Source of the DNA: Hemiscyllium ocellatum
Lineage: Eukaryota
Reading direction: 5' to 3'
Assembly (NCBI RefSeq): GCF_020745735.1
Contig: NC_083405.1
Span: 41,878,345 to 41,942,344, forward strand
Length of the DNA stretch: 64,000 nt
Part shown: positions 12,916-26,902 of the stretch, piece by piece
Layout: every line of letters starts with the position of its first letter
Position numbering within the stretch: position 1 is the first letter of the stretch
Translations under genes and position numbers: made by a program
The notes under the pieces: model-generated
What the model was told of the DNA's origin: nothing
Databases searched by the model: none
What the model saw: only the letters and a program-made list of their open reading frames with translations

Positions 12916-13289
12916 TATCAGAGATTCGTCTGACATAGTTGAATAAGTAAGCCCCAAGGTGGCATCATTAGCAACTGAAAGCCTACCGAAACACCAAAAG
13001 AGCTGGAATCAGCAAAAACAACAATATTTATATTGTACAAGTTATGGCTCCTAATGGAATCACAAGTGCAAATAATATACAACACGAAAGCTGTATGTGT
13101 GGCCAGTTGGAACACTTCATGAAATATTGTAAGTTCATAGCACTTGCACCTTGTCAAAAACAAAGAATATGTCTTGCAAATGGAAAATTCCCAGAGAAAT
13201 GAAAATATTATAACCAAGAAAATATTTTCAAGAAGTTTAAGATACAGACCAAAGGTGCAGACAATATTCGTATAGGAGGTCAAACAGAA

Positions 13290-16200
13290 TCAAAATCAAT
13301 TCTGAACTATCAACTTGAAGACACAAGGTTTTGAAACAGAATTTAAACTCAACAGAGAAGAGGTGTTTCGGTAATGTCCTGGTTGAAGTCTGTGAGGAGC
13401 AAGCCAGCAAACACAAAGCTCTAAGTTTCAGGAAAGTGAGATATTACAGCGCATTAGCAAATCATCATAAAGTGTAGTCTCAGAGGAAGAAATGCCAATG
13501 AATGTTTATAAGTCAGAGTACCTCATTCTTGAGCAGAAATGCATCAAGAAGTGGGTATTGTACTTCAGATTTATTAAATTTCAAGAAGGATAAGAGGCCA
13601 AATGTTTAACAACACCAGGAGCATTATTAAGGAGGTGTTCACTCCACAAGGCAGGAAGCTTAGACTGAACTATTTCCCTCCAAAATGATTGATGATGTAA
13701 TCATTGCATCATGTCATTGAACTCTTACAGTGGCATTCCAACAAAGTTACAGAAATGCACAACAAAACTTAATACAGAAGAGAATTTCAGAAAGGATTTC
13801 CAATGCTATTCAAAGGTTTAGGTAAACTGAAGCAGGGGTATCATACTGCTCTGCAAGAAAGTGCTAAACCCATCTGCTTGAACACTGCCAGGAAAATCCC
13901 TCATTGTTTGATGAGTAAAATGGAATCTCAGGCCAACAAGATCAAAAGTGAGATCATATCACCAGTGACAGAAACAACACATTGGTGCTCATGGCTATTA
14001 GACATTACCAAGTCAAATGGAGAACTGAGATTGTGTTCAGATCTCACTCAGTTAAAGAAAGTATTAACGAAATCCAACTTATTTCTTCAGTTGATGATAG
14101 CTTAGAAAAATTGGCAATTTGCAAGCTTTCATAAAATCAGGCACCATATATGGGCTCTGGCAGATACCTTTAAACCAAAGTTGATATTGCCGACTACCTT
14201 TATGATACAATGAGGGTATCATTAGTTAGTAAGTTTGCAGATGACACCAAAATTGGAAGTGTGGTGGACAGCAAATAATGTTACTTCAGATTACAACGGG
14301 ATCTTGATCAGATGGGCCAATGGGCTGAGCAATGGCAAATGGAGTTTAATTTAGATAAATGCGAGATACTGCATTTTGGGAAAGCAAATCTTATCAGAAC
14401 TGACACACTTAATGGTAAGGTCCTCAGGAGTGTTGCTAAACAAACAGACCTCGGAATGAAGGTTCATAGCTCCTTGAAAGTGGAGTCACGGATAGATAGG
14501 TAGAAGTTTGTTATGCTTTCCTTTATTGGTCAGAGTACTGAGTACAGGAGTTAGGAGGTCATGTTGCGCTCTACAGGACATTGGTTAGGCCACTGTTGGA
14601 ATATTACATGCAATTTTGATCTCTTTCCTATTGGAGAGATGTTGTGAAACTTGAAAAGATTCAGAAAAGATTTATAAGGATGTTGCCAGGGTTGAAAAAT
14701 TTGAGCTATCGGGAGAGGATTAATAGGCTGGGGCTGTTTTCCCTGCAACGTTGGAGACTGAGGTTTATAAAATCATGAGGGGCATGAATAGGATAAATAG
14801 ACAAGGTCTTTTCCCTGGGGTGGGGGAGTCCAGATCTAGAGGGCATAGGTTTACGGTGAGAGGGGAAAGATATATAAGAAAGCTGAGGGGCAACGTTTTC
14901 ATGCAGAGGGTGATACATGTATAGAATGAGCTACCAGAGGAAGTGGTGGAAGCTAGTATGATTGCAACATTTCAAAGGCATCTGAATGGGTATATGAATA
15001 GGAAGGGTTTAGAATGATATGGGCAAGGAGCTGGCAGGGACTAGATTGTGTTGGGATATCTGGTCGTCATGGATGAGTTGAGCCAAAGAGTCTGTTTCCA
15101 TGCTGTACATCTCTATGTCTCTATGACTCTATCTATCATTTGAGATATCTTCTGCACTTGAGATTTTCTAAAGATTAATATCTGAAATCCTGCATATGAA
15201 ATAGGGAATTACTTGCCATACAAATGATATCAAAGTGAATGGTACAATGAAGAAAGAACACAATCAGAGAGTCCAGGATGTATTAAAGGCACTTCAGAGA
15301 GGAGGCCTTAAAATAAATAAGGAATCTAATTCTCTAAAACTATATTTCATTAATCCAATGAAATGATTGATCACTTACAGGAAGCCATGGAGTAACTTAC
15401 ACAATCAGGCTCAGCAGCAGCAGTTACAGACTCATTAGATTGATCTCAAAGCAAGGTTGGAGCAAATGACAGATCTGTCAAACAGGTGGAGATGCATAAA
15501 CCACACAGCAAGGAGCCAAAAATTACTCATGAAACAACTCTTTAAGAAATAAATACTAGCAAACATGCTCAAATAAAAGACCTCAAGCAGGGCATTGAGG
15601 AAACCAATTACTGAAGCAGAAAGTGGAAGAGGTCCAGGCATCAAAGAAAATAAAAGATAGATTGCTGGATCAGCAAGTTGACTTCAAAGACATTGAGCTT
15701 GAAGACATTCTTCAAATTGACCTGATACGCTTCTCATAACACAGATGCCAGCAGCTACAAGTGCAATGAGCAAATATTCCACACCACAGAAATGATTAAA
15801 AAACATGATTGAAAGATGGCCTAATTCAATTCACTCTTTCTACTAGTACATGAGATCGTAATATTCTTATTGGGATGAGCTACACATCTCCCAAAGTGTC
15901 ATTATTAAAGGGAAATAAGTTACCATATCAGATTCTTTGTAACTTAATATTGTTTAACAACTTCATCACTTACACATCGGTATGGATTGTTTGAGAAGAC
16001 TTACAAGAAAGTCAATATATAGACTGGGTATAAACAGTACATAAAAATCCTTGTTCAACTCTGCAAAACATGATGAGAGCATATGCCAAGTGAGTGGAAA
16101 GAACCATTGATACAGGAGGAAGTTCTTCCCATCTCTGATCTAAAATCACATCTGACTTTTCTCATGTCCATGGAAATGACTATACTGTCATTGTAAACTA

Positions 16201-16380
16201 CTTCACCAAGTATCCTCTCATTTGTCAATTTCATTGTACATTAAGCACAACTGTTGTGCTATATTTTGAGCTACATTTTTAGTTTATTTGGTGTCCCTGG
16301 AGAGATAATTATGGATAATGGTTTGATAATTTATTGTTGATAAGCCATTCCAGGGAATGTGTGAATGATGGAGTATGGAA
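13290..16380 (+). mobile_element. Ty3/Gypsy LTR retrotransposon pol relic(s), interrupted by a CR1
   Basis: ORF 13803..14105 FKGLGKLK...ARKIP...IISPVTETTHWCS...KSNGELRLCSDLTQL is a Gypsy RT N-terminus. Integrase-like remnants (LH..HIG, V.YFTKYP, FSLFGVPGEIIMDNG) lie at about 15960-16325. May comprise more than one element. Confidence 0.75.
14213..15130 (+). mobile_element. CR1 LINE (HER1-like), 5'-truncated, nested in the Gypsy relic
   Basis: SKFADDTKIG...WAEQWQMEFNLDKCE (ORF 14312..14503) through the 3' UTR and a ctctatg-type repeated tail. Confidence 0.9.
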
Positions 16381-16517
16381 AACAAGGCTTCTTATAGACG
16401 AAAGTAACCCAATCCTCTGGCATTAACTTGCTGCAAATACATGTCAGTCTTTAGTGACTTATTAACAAGAGCATCCAGGTCCCATTGTGCATCTATGCTT
16501 TTCAACTCTCACCAGTT

Positions 16518-16826
16518 ATCATAGAATCCCTACAATGTGGAAACAGCCCAGCAAGTCCATACCGACTCTCCGAGCAGTAACCTAACCACTCCCCTACATT
16601 TACCCCTGACTAATGCACCTAACCTACACATCTCTGAACATTACAGGCAATTTAGCATGGCCAATTCATCTAACCTGCACGTCTTTAGATTGTTGGAGGA
16701 GACTGGAGCACCCGAAGGAAACCCACGCAGACACGGTGAGAATGTGGAAACAGACAGTGCCTGAGGCTGAAATCGACTCCGAGTCCCTGGCGTTGTGAGG
16801 CAACAGTGCTAACAACTAAGCCAACC
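16518..16826 (-). mobile_element. HE1-type SINE
   Basis: Reverse-complement match to 19165-19482. Confidence 0.85.
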
Positions 16827-16829
16827 TGC

Positions 16830-18340
16830 ACATCTGTTTCCCTAACCAAAGTGGATAACCTCACATTTTTCCACATTATATTCTATTTGTCATGTGGGAT
16901 CCTTGCAGCATCCCCACTGATCACAGCCTACCAATGTGACAATGATCCATTTACAGGTATTCCTAATCTCTGTTTTTTGTCTGTTAGCTAATCATTAGTC
17001 CATGCCAGTGTATTAGCTCCTATCCAACTGCTTTAATTTTCCTAACCAGCTTTCTGTGGAGGACTTAGCTTTTCAAAATTCTTCTCTAAAACTAAGCACA
17101 CTTCCTTCATCAGCTCTCCTTTATTGATTTATTAGTAACATCTTCAAAAAAAACTCCCAAAATATTCTTCAAACACAATTTCCCGTTTCTAAATCTATGC
17201 TGATGGTGACTAACCATGCCATTATCAATTAGGTGTCTATCCATTCCACCCTCTATAATTGATTCTAGCATTTTTCTCTGTTATTGATGTAAGGTTAACA
17301 GGCTTGTAGTTCTTTGTTTTCTCTCTTGTTCCCTTCTCAAATATTGAGGTGATATTTGATTCCTTTCAATCTGGAGGAATCATTCCAGAATTTATTGAAG
17401 TTTTGAAGTTGATCACCAAAGCACCAACTATTTCAACCTCACTTCAACATTTTAGGAGGTAAACCATCAAGTCCTTGAGATTTGTCAACCTTCAGCCCTG
17501 TTAATTTCTACAGTACAATCTGCTTATTGATGTAAACTTCCTTCATATCCTCAAGACCCAAACCACTACTATTTGGTGGTCTATAAATAACTTCAAATGG
17601 TGACTATTATTCCTTGTTATTTCTCAGCACCACCCACACAGTTTCCAACCTGAGATCCTCCCTTACTAATGTATCGATCATATCCCTTATTATCACTGCA
17701 ACACCACCTCCTTTTCCTTCCAGTCTGTCCTTTCCAAATGTTGAATATCCTTAGATATTCAGTTCCCAGTCCTCATCACCGTGTTTCAGTAATTGTAATT
17801 AGATCATATCTACATATCTCTTTTGGTACCTTTAGATCACCCACCTTTTTGGGGATACAGATACATTCAAGTAGAGTATATTTAACTTTATCTTTTTGAC
17901 ATTTTCAAAGCATTCCCAATACTTGACTTTGTTTTCTTTAGATTTATAATCTCTCAAGCATCTTTCACTTTCCTGGCACCAACTTTACCTCAGAGGTTCC
18001 TAATCCCTGAGAAGTTGGTTTAAAACTACCCGAACATCACTAACAAATTTCCTTGTGAGGGTATTCAGCACTAGTCCCTTTAAAATGTAACCTGTCCAGC
18101 TTGTAGAGGCTCCATCTGCCCCAGAGCTGGTCCTGATTCCTCAGAAATCCAGTGTCCTTCCCTTCTCTGACCACAATTTCATTTGATCAATCCTCCTGTT
18201 CTTATGTTCACTAGCACATGGAACAATGAGTAATTCTGAGATTACAGCTGTCCTGCTTTAAATTTTCTTTCTAACTCCCTGAAATATACTTCATCCCTCT
18301 TTCTATCTATGTCATTGTTACCAATTTAGAATATGACCAT
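16830..18340 (-). mobile_element. Old, heavily decayed CR1 LINE fragment
   Basis: Reverse-strand remnants of NYKPVNLTS, PG.DG..P and KCEVIHF motifs. Confidence 0.6.
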
Positions 18341-18382
18341 TGGCTGATTCCTATTCCTCCATGCACACCCCTCCCTCACTCA

Positions 18383-18778
18383 TCCTTGTTTACAATGATC
18401 TGCCTGTACTGCTCATAAACAAAGCTTTTCACGATACCTCAGTACACGTAACACTAAATCAATTAAACAATCATAAACTTGAACATGCACCAGCAGGTTC
18501 AAGAACAGCTTATTCCTTGCCATTTATAGACTGCTGAGTGGACTCCCTAACTTGAAATAATGCTGGTCTTGTAATGTTGACCTTGTGTAGCACACACCCT
18601 GTATGACATAACCTGTAATGCCTCTGTCTAAGTTTGTTTTCTCATTCTATGATCTGTATATCCTTGCTTACCATGATCTGCTTTTACTGTTTGTAAACAA
18701 AGCTTTTCACTGTACTTAGGTATGTATGACAATAAATCAATCAAATAAATCAATCAAATCAAATCAAATCAAATCAAA
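18383..18778 (+). mobile_element. LINE 3' ends (Rex1/Babar-like), two tandem tails ending in (AAATC)n
   Basis: 18483-18540 encodes a T.RFKNS..P....LL-like C-terminus. The 3' UTR block at 18383-18463 recurs at 18661-18740, followed by an aaatc repeat to 18778. Confidence 0.55.
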
Positions 18779-19164
18779 GATGGATGTCCTCCAACTGTTT
18801 CATGACACAGCATGCTAGAGTCATGTTTACTGACACAGAAATGCCAGGATGATCTCCTGACCCTGGAATCCCTATAACTATTGCTCTTTCATTCTTTTCC
18901 CATTTTCCCAATGCAGCTGAGGCACCCAGGGTGCCAAAGTCTTGGCCTTTGCTGACTCACCTGAGGAACCCATCACCTTCAACGGTTAAAATGGCATAAC
19001 CCTGCTGAGCAAGCACAATAGACTCGGGCAATTCCTGCATTATAGCTGTTGCAACTTGGCTGTTGTTGTAAATGGCTTTCTTTCAGAGAGGAATGGCACA
19101 GTTTATGTGTACCTTGTCTAGAAGTAAATTCATTTTTAAGGACTCCATGTGCTGTGTGTATAGT

Positions 19165-19482
19165 GGGTGGCACGGTGGCTCAGTGGTTGGCACTGCTGCC
19201 TCACAGCACCAGGGTCCCAGGTTTGATTCCAGCCTCAGGCAACTGTCTGTGTAGAGTTTGCACATTCTCTCCGTGTCTGCGTGAGTTTCCTCTGGGTGCT
19301 CTGCTTTCCTCCCACAGTCTGAAGATGTGCAGGTCAGGTGAATTGGCCATGCTAAATTGCCCATAGTGCTAGGTGCATTTGTCAGAGGGAAGTGGGTCTG
19401 GGTGGAGTACGCTTCGGAGGGTCGGTGTGGATTTGTTGGGCCGAAGGGCCTGTTTCCATTCTGTAGGAAATCTAATCTAATC
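19165..19482 (+). mobile_element. HE1-type V-SINE, near full length
   Basis: A box tggctcagtgg, B box ggtttgattcc, central conserved domain, CR1-like 3' end and aatctaatctaatc tail. Confidence 0.9.
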
Positions 19483-20483
19483 ATATAATGCTGTAGTTCT
19501 TCCTGTCAGTTGATATGCTGCGGGTCTGCAAGGTACACTCACATAAATCAGTTGGCTTGCTGTAATTTCAACTTCATAACTTGTTATATATTTTACTGTT
19601 TTAAATAAATTAGTCCACCGAGTTAATCAATCCCTGATGACTGATTGACCATTTAACATTAATCATCACCATGCCAGTGAAACTTTGAAATGTTTCAGGG
19701 TTCTTCTTCACGGTTTTTGGAATCTTCCTGGTCTGTAACCTTGTAATGGTTGTCTTCTGTGCTCTTATCCCCATCTTTGGAATCTTCTCCTTCCTAGCTT
19801 TGTCAAAGTCTTCTGAAGTCTTGGCCTACCTTTGAATGTTTTACTCAGCTGCTCCTTTGGACTCTTCTGAGGTTCTATCCATGCTTTGAAGTCTGTCGTG
19901 TTAGTTGTGTCCCATGGACATTGTCTTGATTTCAAATTTTATTTGTGTTTTATTTTCCTTAGCATCCCCCATATTTTATCTGCTACTTGCACGTTTCACA
20001 ACCAGGCTGAATTACCTCAAGATGTGAGTGTCAGCACACACTGTCCGTGAGGTTTGTGGCTCCTTATCTCTAAGTAACGCTCTTTCTCTTGTACTATAAC
20101 ACTCCTTTGTTTACAGCTTCACACAATTAGTCAGCTCCACATAATTGGTCGCATGTAACAGCTTTCTCTTCAGATCCTTTTTCCAGACTGGAGTGCTCTG
20201 TCTTCTTGTGATATTTTGTGATCAGATATGTCAATGTAATTTGCCTGAATCTCATTATGCTTGTAGCAAGAATTGAGGACAGCTTCCCAGACAGCAAAAA
20301 GGTGGGAAATGGATCAAAGTTGAGAACAGTGTCATTCACAGATTATATTAATGCTTTAGAATCATAAAGTAGATTTACAATTTCTGTTTACGGTTGATAC
20401 TTACAATTTCTCTGTTCACGGTTGATACCAGACTGAAAGGTGTGTTGATGCAGAGGAAAATGTGCTAACATACAGAAATATTA

Positions 20484-20592
20484 GGAGAAAGTGAGGACTG
20501 CAGATGCTGGAGATCAGAGCTAAAAATGTGCTGTTGGAAATGTGCAGCAGGTCAGGCAGCATCCAAGGAACAGGAGAATCAATGTCGATTCT
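20484..20592 (-). mobile_element. PLE extreme 3' end, same family as 1-2008
   Basis: Reverse complement of about 1910-2006. Confidence 0.8.
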
Positions 20593-21579
20593 CATTTTTC
20601 AGTACAAGAAATATTAAACAACCTGTAAAATGAATTATTTTTGACAAATTAAGTTGATATAGGTGAGTGTGATGTTGTTTAATTTGTAGGAAGTAAGAAG
20701 AGATAACATACTCCCCTAGGCTTAAAATGTCTCTAAATTGATTAGGGGAACGAAGGAAGCTTAGGATGTGTGTACATATCTCACTGACAATAGTAACACA
20801 GGTTAATACCTTAAACAGTTACTCCCTTCACCACTGGTTTATCTACAGAATAGGATGCTGCAATGTGCCAAATTTCTTTTGGCAGCATTTCTAACTTGTT
20901 TTTTGTAGATGAATGACAGATTTTGGGGAATCAGTAATTGAGTTACTCATTGTAGAGTTCTCAACCTTTAACCTGTTCTTGTTATATGACTGGTTCAGTT
21001 AAATTTCTGGTCAATGGTGAAGCATAGAGTATTGATAATGGGGAATCAGTGGTGGTTGTAACGAGTCTGGAACTGACTAGTCAGGGTCAAACCTAAATTG
21101 AGCATTAGCAAACAGGTTATCCCTTACTTAGAGTCGCCTTTTAGTACTGGTAAAGACAGTTGAATCAATTTGTTGATAAATAAAAGCAGTCTTATCAGTA
21201 AATTGCCAAGCTGGATTTTTCCTGCTTTTGTGGACAGGACAATATGTAATTTTCATATTATTAGATAGATGCCAATGGTGTGGCTAAACTGGCCCAGTCG
21301 GTCTAGTGGCACAGCTACACCGAAGCTCCAGTCTTCAATATTACAGCCTGCATTTGTCGAGGTCCATAGTCTCTCCTGTAACCAGTATGTTGAACCATTT
21401 TTTATTGATGTGAGGAATGAGCTGAATTTGCTGAAGATTGGCACTGACATGTTCCCAACAAGGTGGAAAACTGTATTTTTTTCCCCGATTTGTTTGTGAC
21501 ATGTGGGTGTCATTGGCCAGACCATTATTCATTGGCTATCCTTAATTGCCCTTGAGGAGTGTTTTGATCAACCTTAGTC

Positions 21580-21720
21580 ATGGAGTCATAGAGTTACACA
21601 GCACAGAAAGAGACCCCTTGGTCCAACATGTCCATGCTGACCAGATATTCTAAATTAATCTAGTCCCATTTCCTAGCATTTGGCTCATATCCCTCTAAAT
21701 CCTTTCTATTCATATACCCA
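21580..21720 (-). mobile_element. CR1 3' UTR fragment nested in an older LINE relic
   Basis: Matches the 3' end of the 14213-15130 copy. Confidence 0.8.
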
Positions 21721-22505
21721 CTTCTTGAAAGGAATTCTTAGACCCAGGAATGGTAAGGGAGCAGAGATATAATTTCATGTCAGGATTACGTGTGGCTTGG
21801 AAGAGAACCTGCAGATGGTGATTTTCCAATGCATCTGTTGCTTTGGTCAATCTTGATAATTGGGTTACAGATTTGGAAGGCATTGTTGAAGCAGCCTGGG
21901 TGAGGTGTGTCTTATCTGTAAACAAAGAGACAAATCCAATCTGTTGCCAAGGACCTAAGCTCTGGATAACTCTCCCCACACATTTCCATCATCAGACAAA
22001 TTGTTCAAGTCCAGCCACAACATTTTCATCTCACCTTTGTTCTTCTTAAATCTTGCTTCTTTGTCCAAACTGTTCACCATATCTTTTCTCCATGTGGCTC
22101 ATAGCAATAATTAGATGCTCTTGTGAAGCACCATGAATCTTCATTATTTTAAAAGTGCTGTATAAATATAAGCTGTTGCTATTGTTACTGATACTGATTG
22201 AGGTTTCTAGTCAGTCTCCAATTTCCTGATGCAACAGGCATGGTTGAATTTCCTGACAACAGATATCCAGTGGCAGCTCAGGTGTCAATGAACCAGGCTA
22301 GTTGACAGTTCTTCTGACCTGACTGGGTGCAAATGCAGCCCAAGGCTGTGCTGTAGAAGAGGGATTTTAAAAAAATAAACATTAAACCTCACTGTACTAG
22401 CCAGACTACATTTCTATTTTTCAAGTAAATTGGTAAAAACAAAGTCAGTAAGAGACTGCTTCCATGCTCCCTTTACAGAATATTTTTTGACCCATTTCTG
22501 AAACT

Positions 22506-22803
22506 TAATTAGATTATTTACAGTGTGGAAACAGGCCCTTCGGCCCAACAAGCCCACACCAACCCTCTGAAGAGCAACCCACCCAGACCCATTCCCCTAC
22601 GTTTAACACTACGGGCAATTTAGCATGGCCAATTCACCTGACCTGCACATCTTTGTGATGGGGGGAGGAAACCGAAGCAAACCCACACAGACACGGGGAG
22701 AATGTGCAAACTCCACACAGACAGTTGCCTGAGGCGGGAATTAATCTCGGGTCTCTGGCGCTGTGAGGCAGCAGTGTTAACCACTGTGCCACCGTGCCAC
22801 CCA
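22506..22803 (-). mobile_element. HE1-type SINE
   Basis: Reverse-complement match to 19165-19482. Confidence 0.9.
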
Positions 22804-23722
22804 ATTGTGAAACAAAACTCATTATTCCCAATACTATATGCTCTAATCAATGATAGACTTTCAGTGACAGTAACCATTTTAAAATCATCCAGTTGATGCC
22901 AATCAATATTTTGATTTTCAAACCATTTTTGACACTAGAAACAAGGCTTACACATTTGCTAATTTCCTGATGCACCTTCAAACAATCATTAGTAGAGATG
23001 CCAGAGTCTTATTATTCATGCTCAGTGGGTTTCCCATGGAGCTCTTGTGCTTTACTACTGTCTTTTTTCATCTAACCCATTAATGAAGTGAGAGATATCA
23101 AAAAGATTTACTTGGAGATATCAACATGACTTGAAGTCAAAGACAACCGACATGGTGCAGTAATAATGGAGTACAGGAGATATGGTAGTTAACTGTATTC
23201 AGGTTGATATGACAACTTGAACCAACACCATTCCTACTAATTACAGGCAATATCATTGAAGGTCAGAAGTATATCACTGGCAACCCCAGGGGTACCACAA
23301 TAAGATCAAATTGTGCATTTCTAATGGAAGTGTAGAAGTAGGAAACTGTAGTAGTAATAGAGTATATTTTTATTCCTTTGCTACTGATTCTGTACTTTTT
23401 CCCTTTAGAGGTAATTAGGTCATAGTTATTTACTTGGCCTTCATGAATTAAGATATAGTGACAGGGTAATTTCTCCTTTTTTTGATATTATCGTTACCTT
23501 TACCTTTGATCAGTGATTCTTCAGTTGTAAAAAATACTTGTTTACTAGTTCAGTGTTTAGTTTTAGTCACTGAAACCCATATATTGCCCTTGAACACATG
23601 ATTTGCAGATTTACCACAATGGTACAATGTATAAAGCATTTTGAGGCCAAGCTGCATTGAGGTTTGAGATTTGAGATGATATATTTGATACACTTAAATT
23701 GATAAAGGATTTTGATTTCCTG

Positions 23723-24665
23723 TAGAGTCATGCAGTCATAGAGATGTACAGCACAGAAACAGACCCTTCGGTTTGACTCGTCCATGCCGACCAGATATCC
23801 CAATCTAATCTAGTTCCACCTGCCAGCACCTGACCATAGCCCTCCAAACCCTTCCTATTCGTCTACACATCCAGATGTCTTTTATGTGTTACAATTGTAC
23901 TAGCCTCCACCACTTCCCCTGGCAGCTCATTTCATACACGTATCACCCTCTGCGTGAAAACGTTGCCCCATAGGTCTCTTTTATATCTTTCCCCTCTCAT
24001 TCTAAACTAATGCCCTCTAGTTCTGGACTCCCCCAACCCAGATAAAAGACTTTGTTTATTTATTCTATCCATGCCCCACATGATTTTACAAACCTTTATA
24101 AGGTCACTCCTCAGCATCCAAAACTCCAGGGAAAACAGCCCTAGCTTATTCAACCTCTCCCGATAGCTCAAATCCTCCAAACCTGGCAATATCCTTGCAG
24201 TCTTTTCTGAATCTTTTCAAGTTTCACAACATCCTTCCAATAGGAAGGAGACCAGAATTGCACGCAATATTCCAACAGTGGCCAAACTAATGTCCTGTAC
24301 AGCCACAACATGACCTCCCAACTTCTATACTCAATACTCTGACCAATAAAGGAAAGCATACCAAATGCCTTCCTCACTATCCTATCTACATGCCACTCCA
24401 CTTTCAAGGAACTATGAACCTGCACTCCAAGGTCTCTTTGTTCAGCAACTCTCCCTCGGACCTTACCATTAAGTGCATAAGATTTGCTTTCCCAAAATGG
24501 AGCACCTCACATTTATCTAAATTAAACTCCATCTGCCACTTCTCAACCCATTGGCCCATCTGATCAACATCCCGTTGTAATCTGAGGTAACCTTCTTCGC
24601 TGTCCACTCCACCTCCAATTTTGGTGTCATCTGCAAACTTACTAACTCTGCCTTTTATGTTCACA
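23723..24665 (-). mobile_element. CR1 LINE, 5'-truncated
   Basis: ORFs 24404..24682, 24168..24425 and 24007..24189 (SKFADDTKIGG, LEYCVQFWSP, LSYRERLNKLGLFSLE). Confidence 0.9.
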
Positions 24666-26272
24666 GAAGAAAGTCTGAACACAGAGTTGTAATCCTAAAA
24701 TTGGAGTTAAACGTTTTGGAATGAAATGAGACAGCCTTTCACAATAATGGGGCTAGTAGAAATCTGAAACCCTCTGACCTGAAAGCTGTGGACAATGCGT
24801 CCATTTATACCTTAGAGTCTGTGGTTGATAACTCAGTAAGAGTAAAGCGGAGCTGGATGGGTAAATATGGTGAAGGATGTGGAGGCCAAGTCTTTGAATG
24901 CATTTAAAAAAAGCCCTAGAGACAGATAGGTTCTTGATTATCAAGAGGATCAAACATTAGGGGGAGAAGGCAGGAGAATGGGACAGGGGAACCCATCAGC
25001 TATGATTGAACAGCAGAGCAGACTCAATGGGCCGAGTGTCCTAATGCTGTTCTTTTATCTTATGATCTTATTGACAGATCAGTTGTGATCAAATTGAATT
25101 ATGGCACATGCTGGAAGGCCTGAATAGCTTACAGGCTGGATTTTATGGTACAAGGGAGCTTTCTGCTCCACAATAAAAGTTGGGGTAAGTCTGCCTATGT
25201 TTAGTTGGCTCTCTCTATAATCAGTTAACCACCATTTTGCCTTTTCGCCACAGTGCACCCCCCAAAAAAGAGGTATTTCTGCTCTAGACCTGCTGGCCAA
25301 TAAGTAACTGACAGCTCTTTCATTCCACTGTGCCACCAGGAGCAGTGGCCACTTGTGTGTGATCAGGTGCTTCAGGGTTTCACTTCTGAAGAGCTTTGGC
25401 TCCACCTCTAAGCTCAATCTTCTAGTTCTCCAGGCAGCCCCTTCGTAAAAAGAGCCAGGATGTTGGGACTTTTGTGTAAAGTGTGAAGTCTCGCCAAAGT
25501 CCCTGACAGGTCCTGGTGAAGGGGTTTGTGTTGCCAGGTTTGACAGGGTGCAGGAGTAGGGATGTGCTGGAAGGAGGAAATGTGGGGCGGGAAGAATAGC
25601 TTGTTTGTGGAGAACAGGTCCTCAAATAAGAGGCACCCTTATGGGCCAGCCACAGCGTTGTCAGGTTTTACCACAATCTGACCACTTACCATAGCATACC
25701 TTATACTTCACTCGTACGCTCTCCCTCTTTGCTTTGAGGTCTTTAGCTGTTCACTTCATTGTAAAAACACCATACCTCATATCCTTCTTTCTTCTGGGCA
25801 ACTGTCATATCTGGAATCCAGGCAGGGTTGCTAAATTTGTTACAATTCCAGCCAGAATACTTTGATTTGTCAAGTTACCAGTTGAAGAGGGGTGCTTTGC
25901 TTTCCAACCCTTCTGGTTGATCACAACAAGGTTAATTTGGGCAGGATTCCTTCCCTTGGAGATTTTTTTCTCTCAAACCAAACTGCTATGTTTTAATATT
26001 AGTCAGTTTAAGTAGGCTTTCTTTAATTATCGGGAATCGATGGCTGGTCTACAATGTAGAATGAAGCATGAGTTCATTCTCGGCACTGAATGAGGTTACA
26101 ATGAAGATGCTGCCATCTCAATCTCACCCCTTGCCTGAAGTGTGTTAATCCTCAGGTTAAACCACCATCAGTCATTTCTTTCTAATGAGAGACAGGTCCT
26201 CTGGGACAATGGGATTAATGTGACCTACTTTACTTAAGTTAACAAAAGAGTGGGTTTATTAGTTACTAAACA

Positions 26273-26530
26273 TGAGAGGAATTTAAAAGAAACCTAAGGG
26301 CAACCTTTTCATGTTGAGGATGGTCATGCATGGAATGAGCTGCCAGAGGAAGTATTGAAGGCTGGTACAATTGCAGCATTTAAAAGGCATCTAGTAGGGG
26401 ATATGAATAGGAAGGGTTTAGAGGGATATGGGCCAAATGCTGCAAATGGGACGAGATTAATTTAGGAAATCTGGTCGGCATGGACTAGTTGGACCAAAGA
26501 GTCTGGTTCTGTGCTGTACCTCTCTGTGGA
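26273..26530 (+). mobile_element. CR1 3' end fragment
   Basis: Matches 14860-15115. Confidence 0.8.
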
Positions 26531-26547
26531 TTGGAAAGCTGAATTGA

Positions 26548-26902
26548 ATCTAACAAAAAGACAAGAGATATTTTTAACAATGGTTCTGTTGTTGAATTGT
26601 TCATGAAGAGTACATAGTAGAACATTACAACCTTTATTGTGGATGTTACCAGCGGTGTTGACATTGGTAGTTGAACAGTTGAGTTTGAGAATATTGACTT
26701 TGCAAGTACAGTAACATGCCTGCAAGAGATCTCTCCTTGCGGAGAGGGCTTGTAGCTGGGTAGTCAACCTCTCATTGTCTCTTCCTATAGAGTCTCCCTG
26801 TTTGAAAATTCAACTACCAATGTCAACACTGCTGGTAACATCCATAATAAAGGTTGCACAATTCAATAACAGATCCATTTTCAAAAATATTTTTTGTTAG
26901 AT
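26548..26902. repeat. Long imperfect inverted repeat, unclassified fold-back element
   Basis: Left arm 26548-26675 is reverse-complementary to right arm 26809-26902, with two left-arm insertions. Confidence 0.85.

Noticed and set aside
19600-20200. Possible minus-strand LTR element end, similar to about 10960-11050
   Set aside because: The similarity is short and I could not define LTR boundaries or a TSD.
20375-20430. Tandem duplication of about 28 bp (ttacaatttct...acggttgatac)
   Set aside because: Ordinary two-copy slippage with no further structure.
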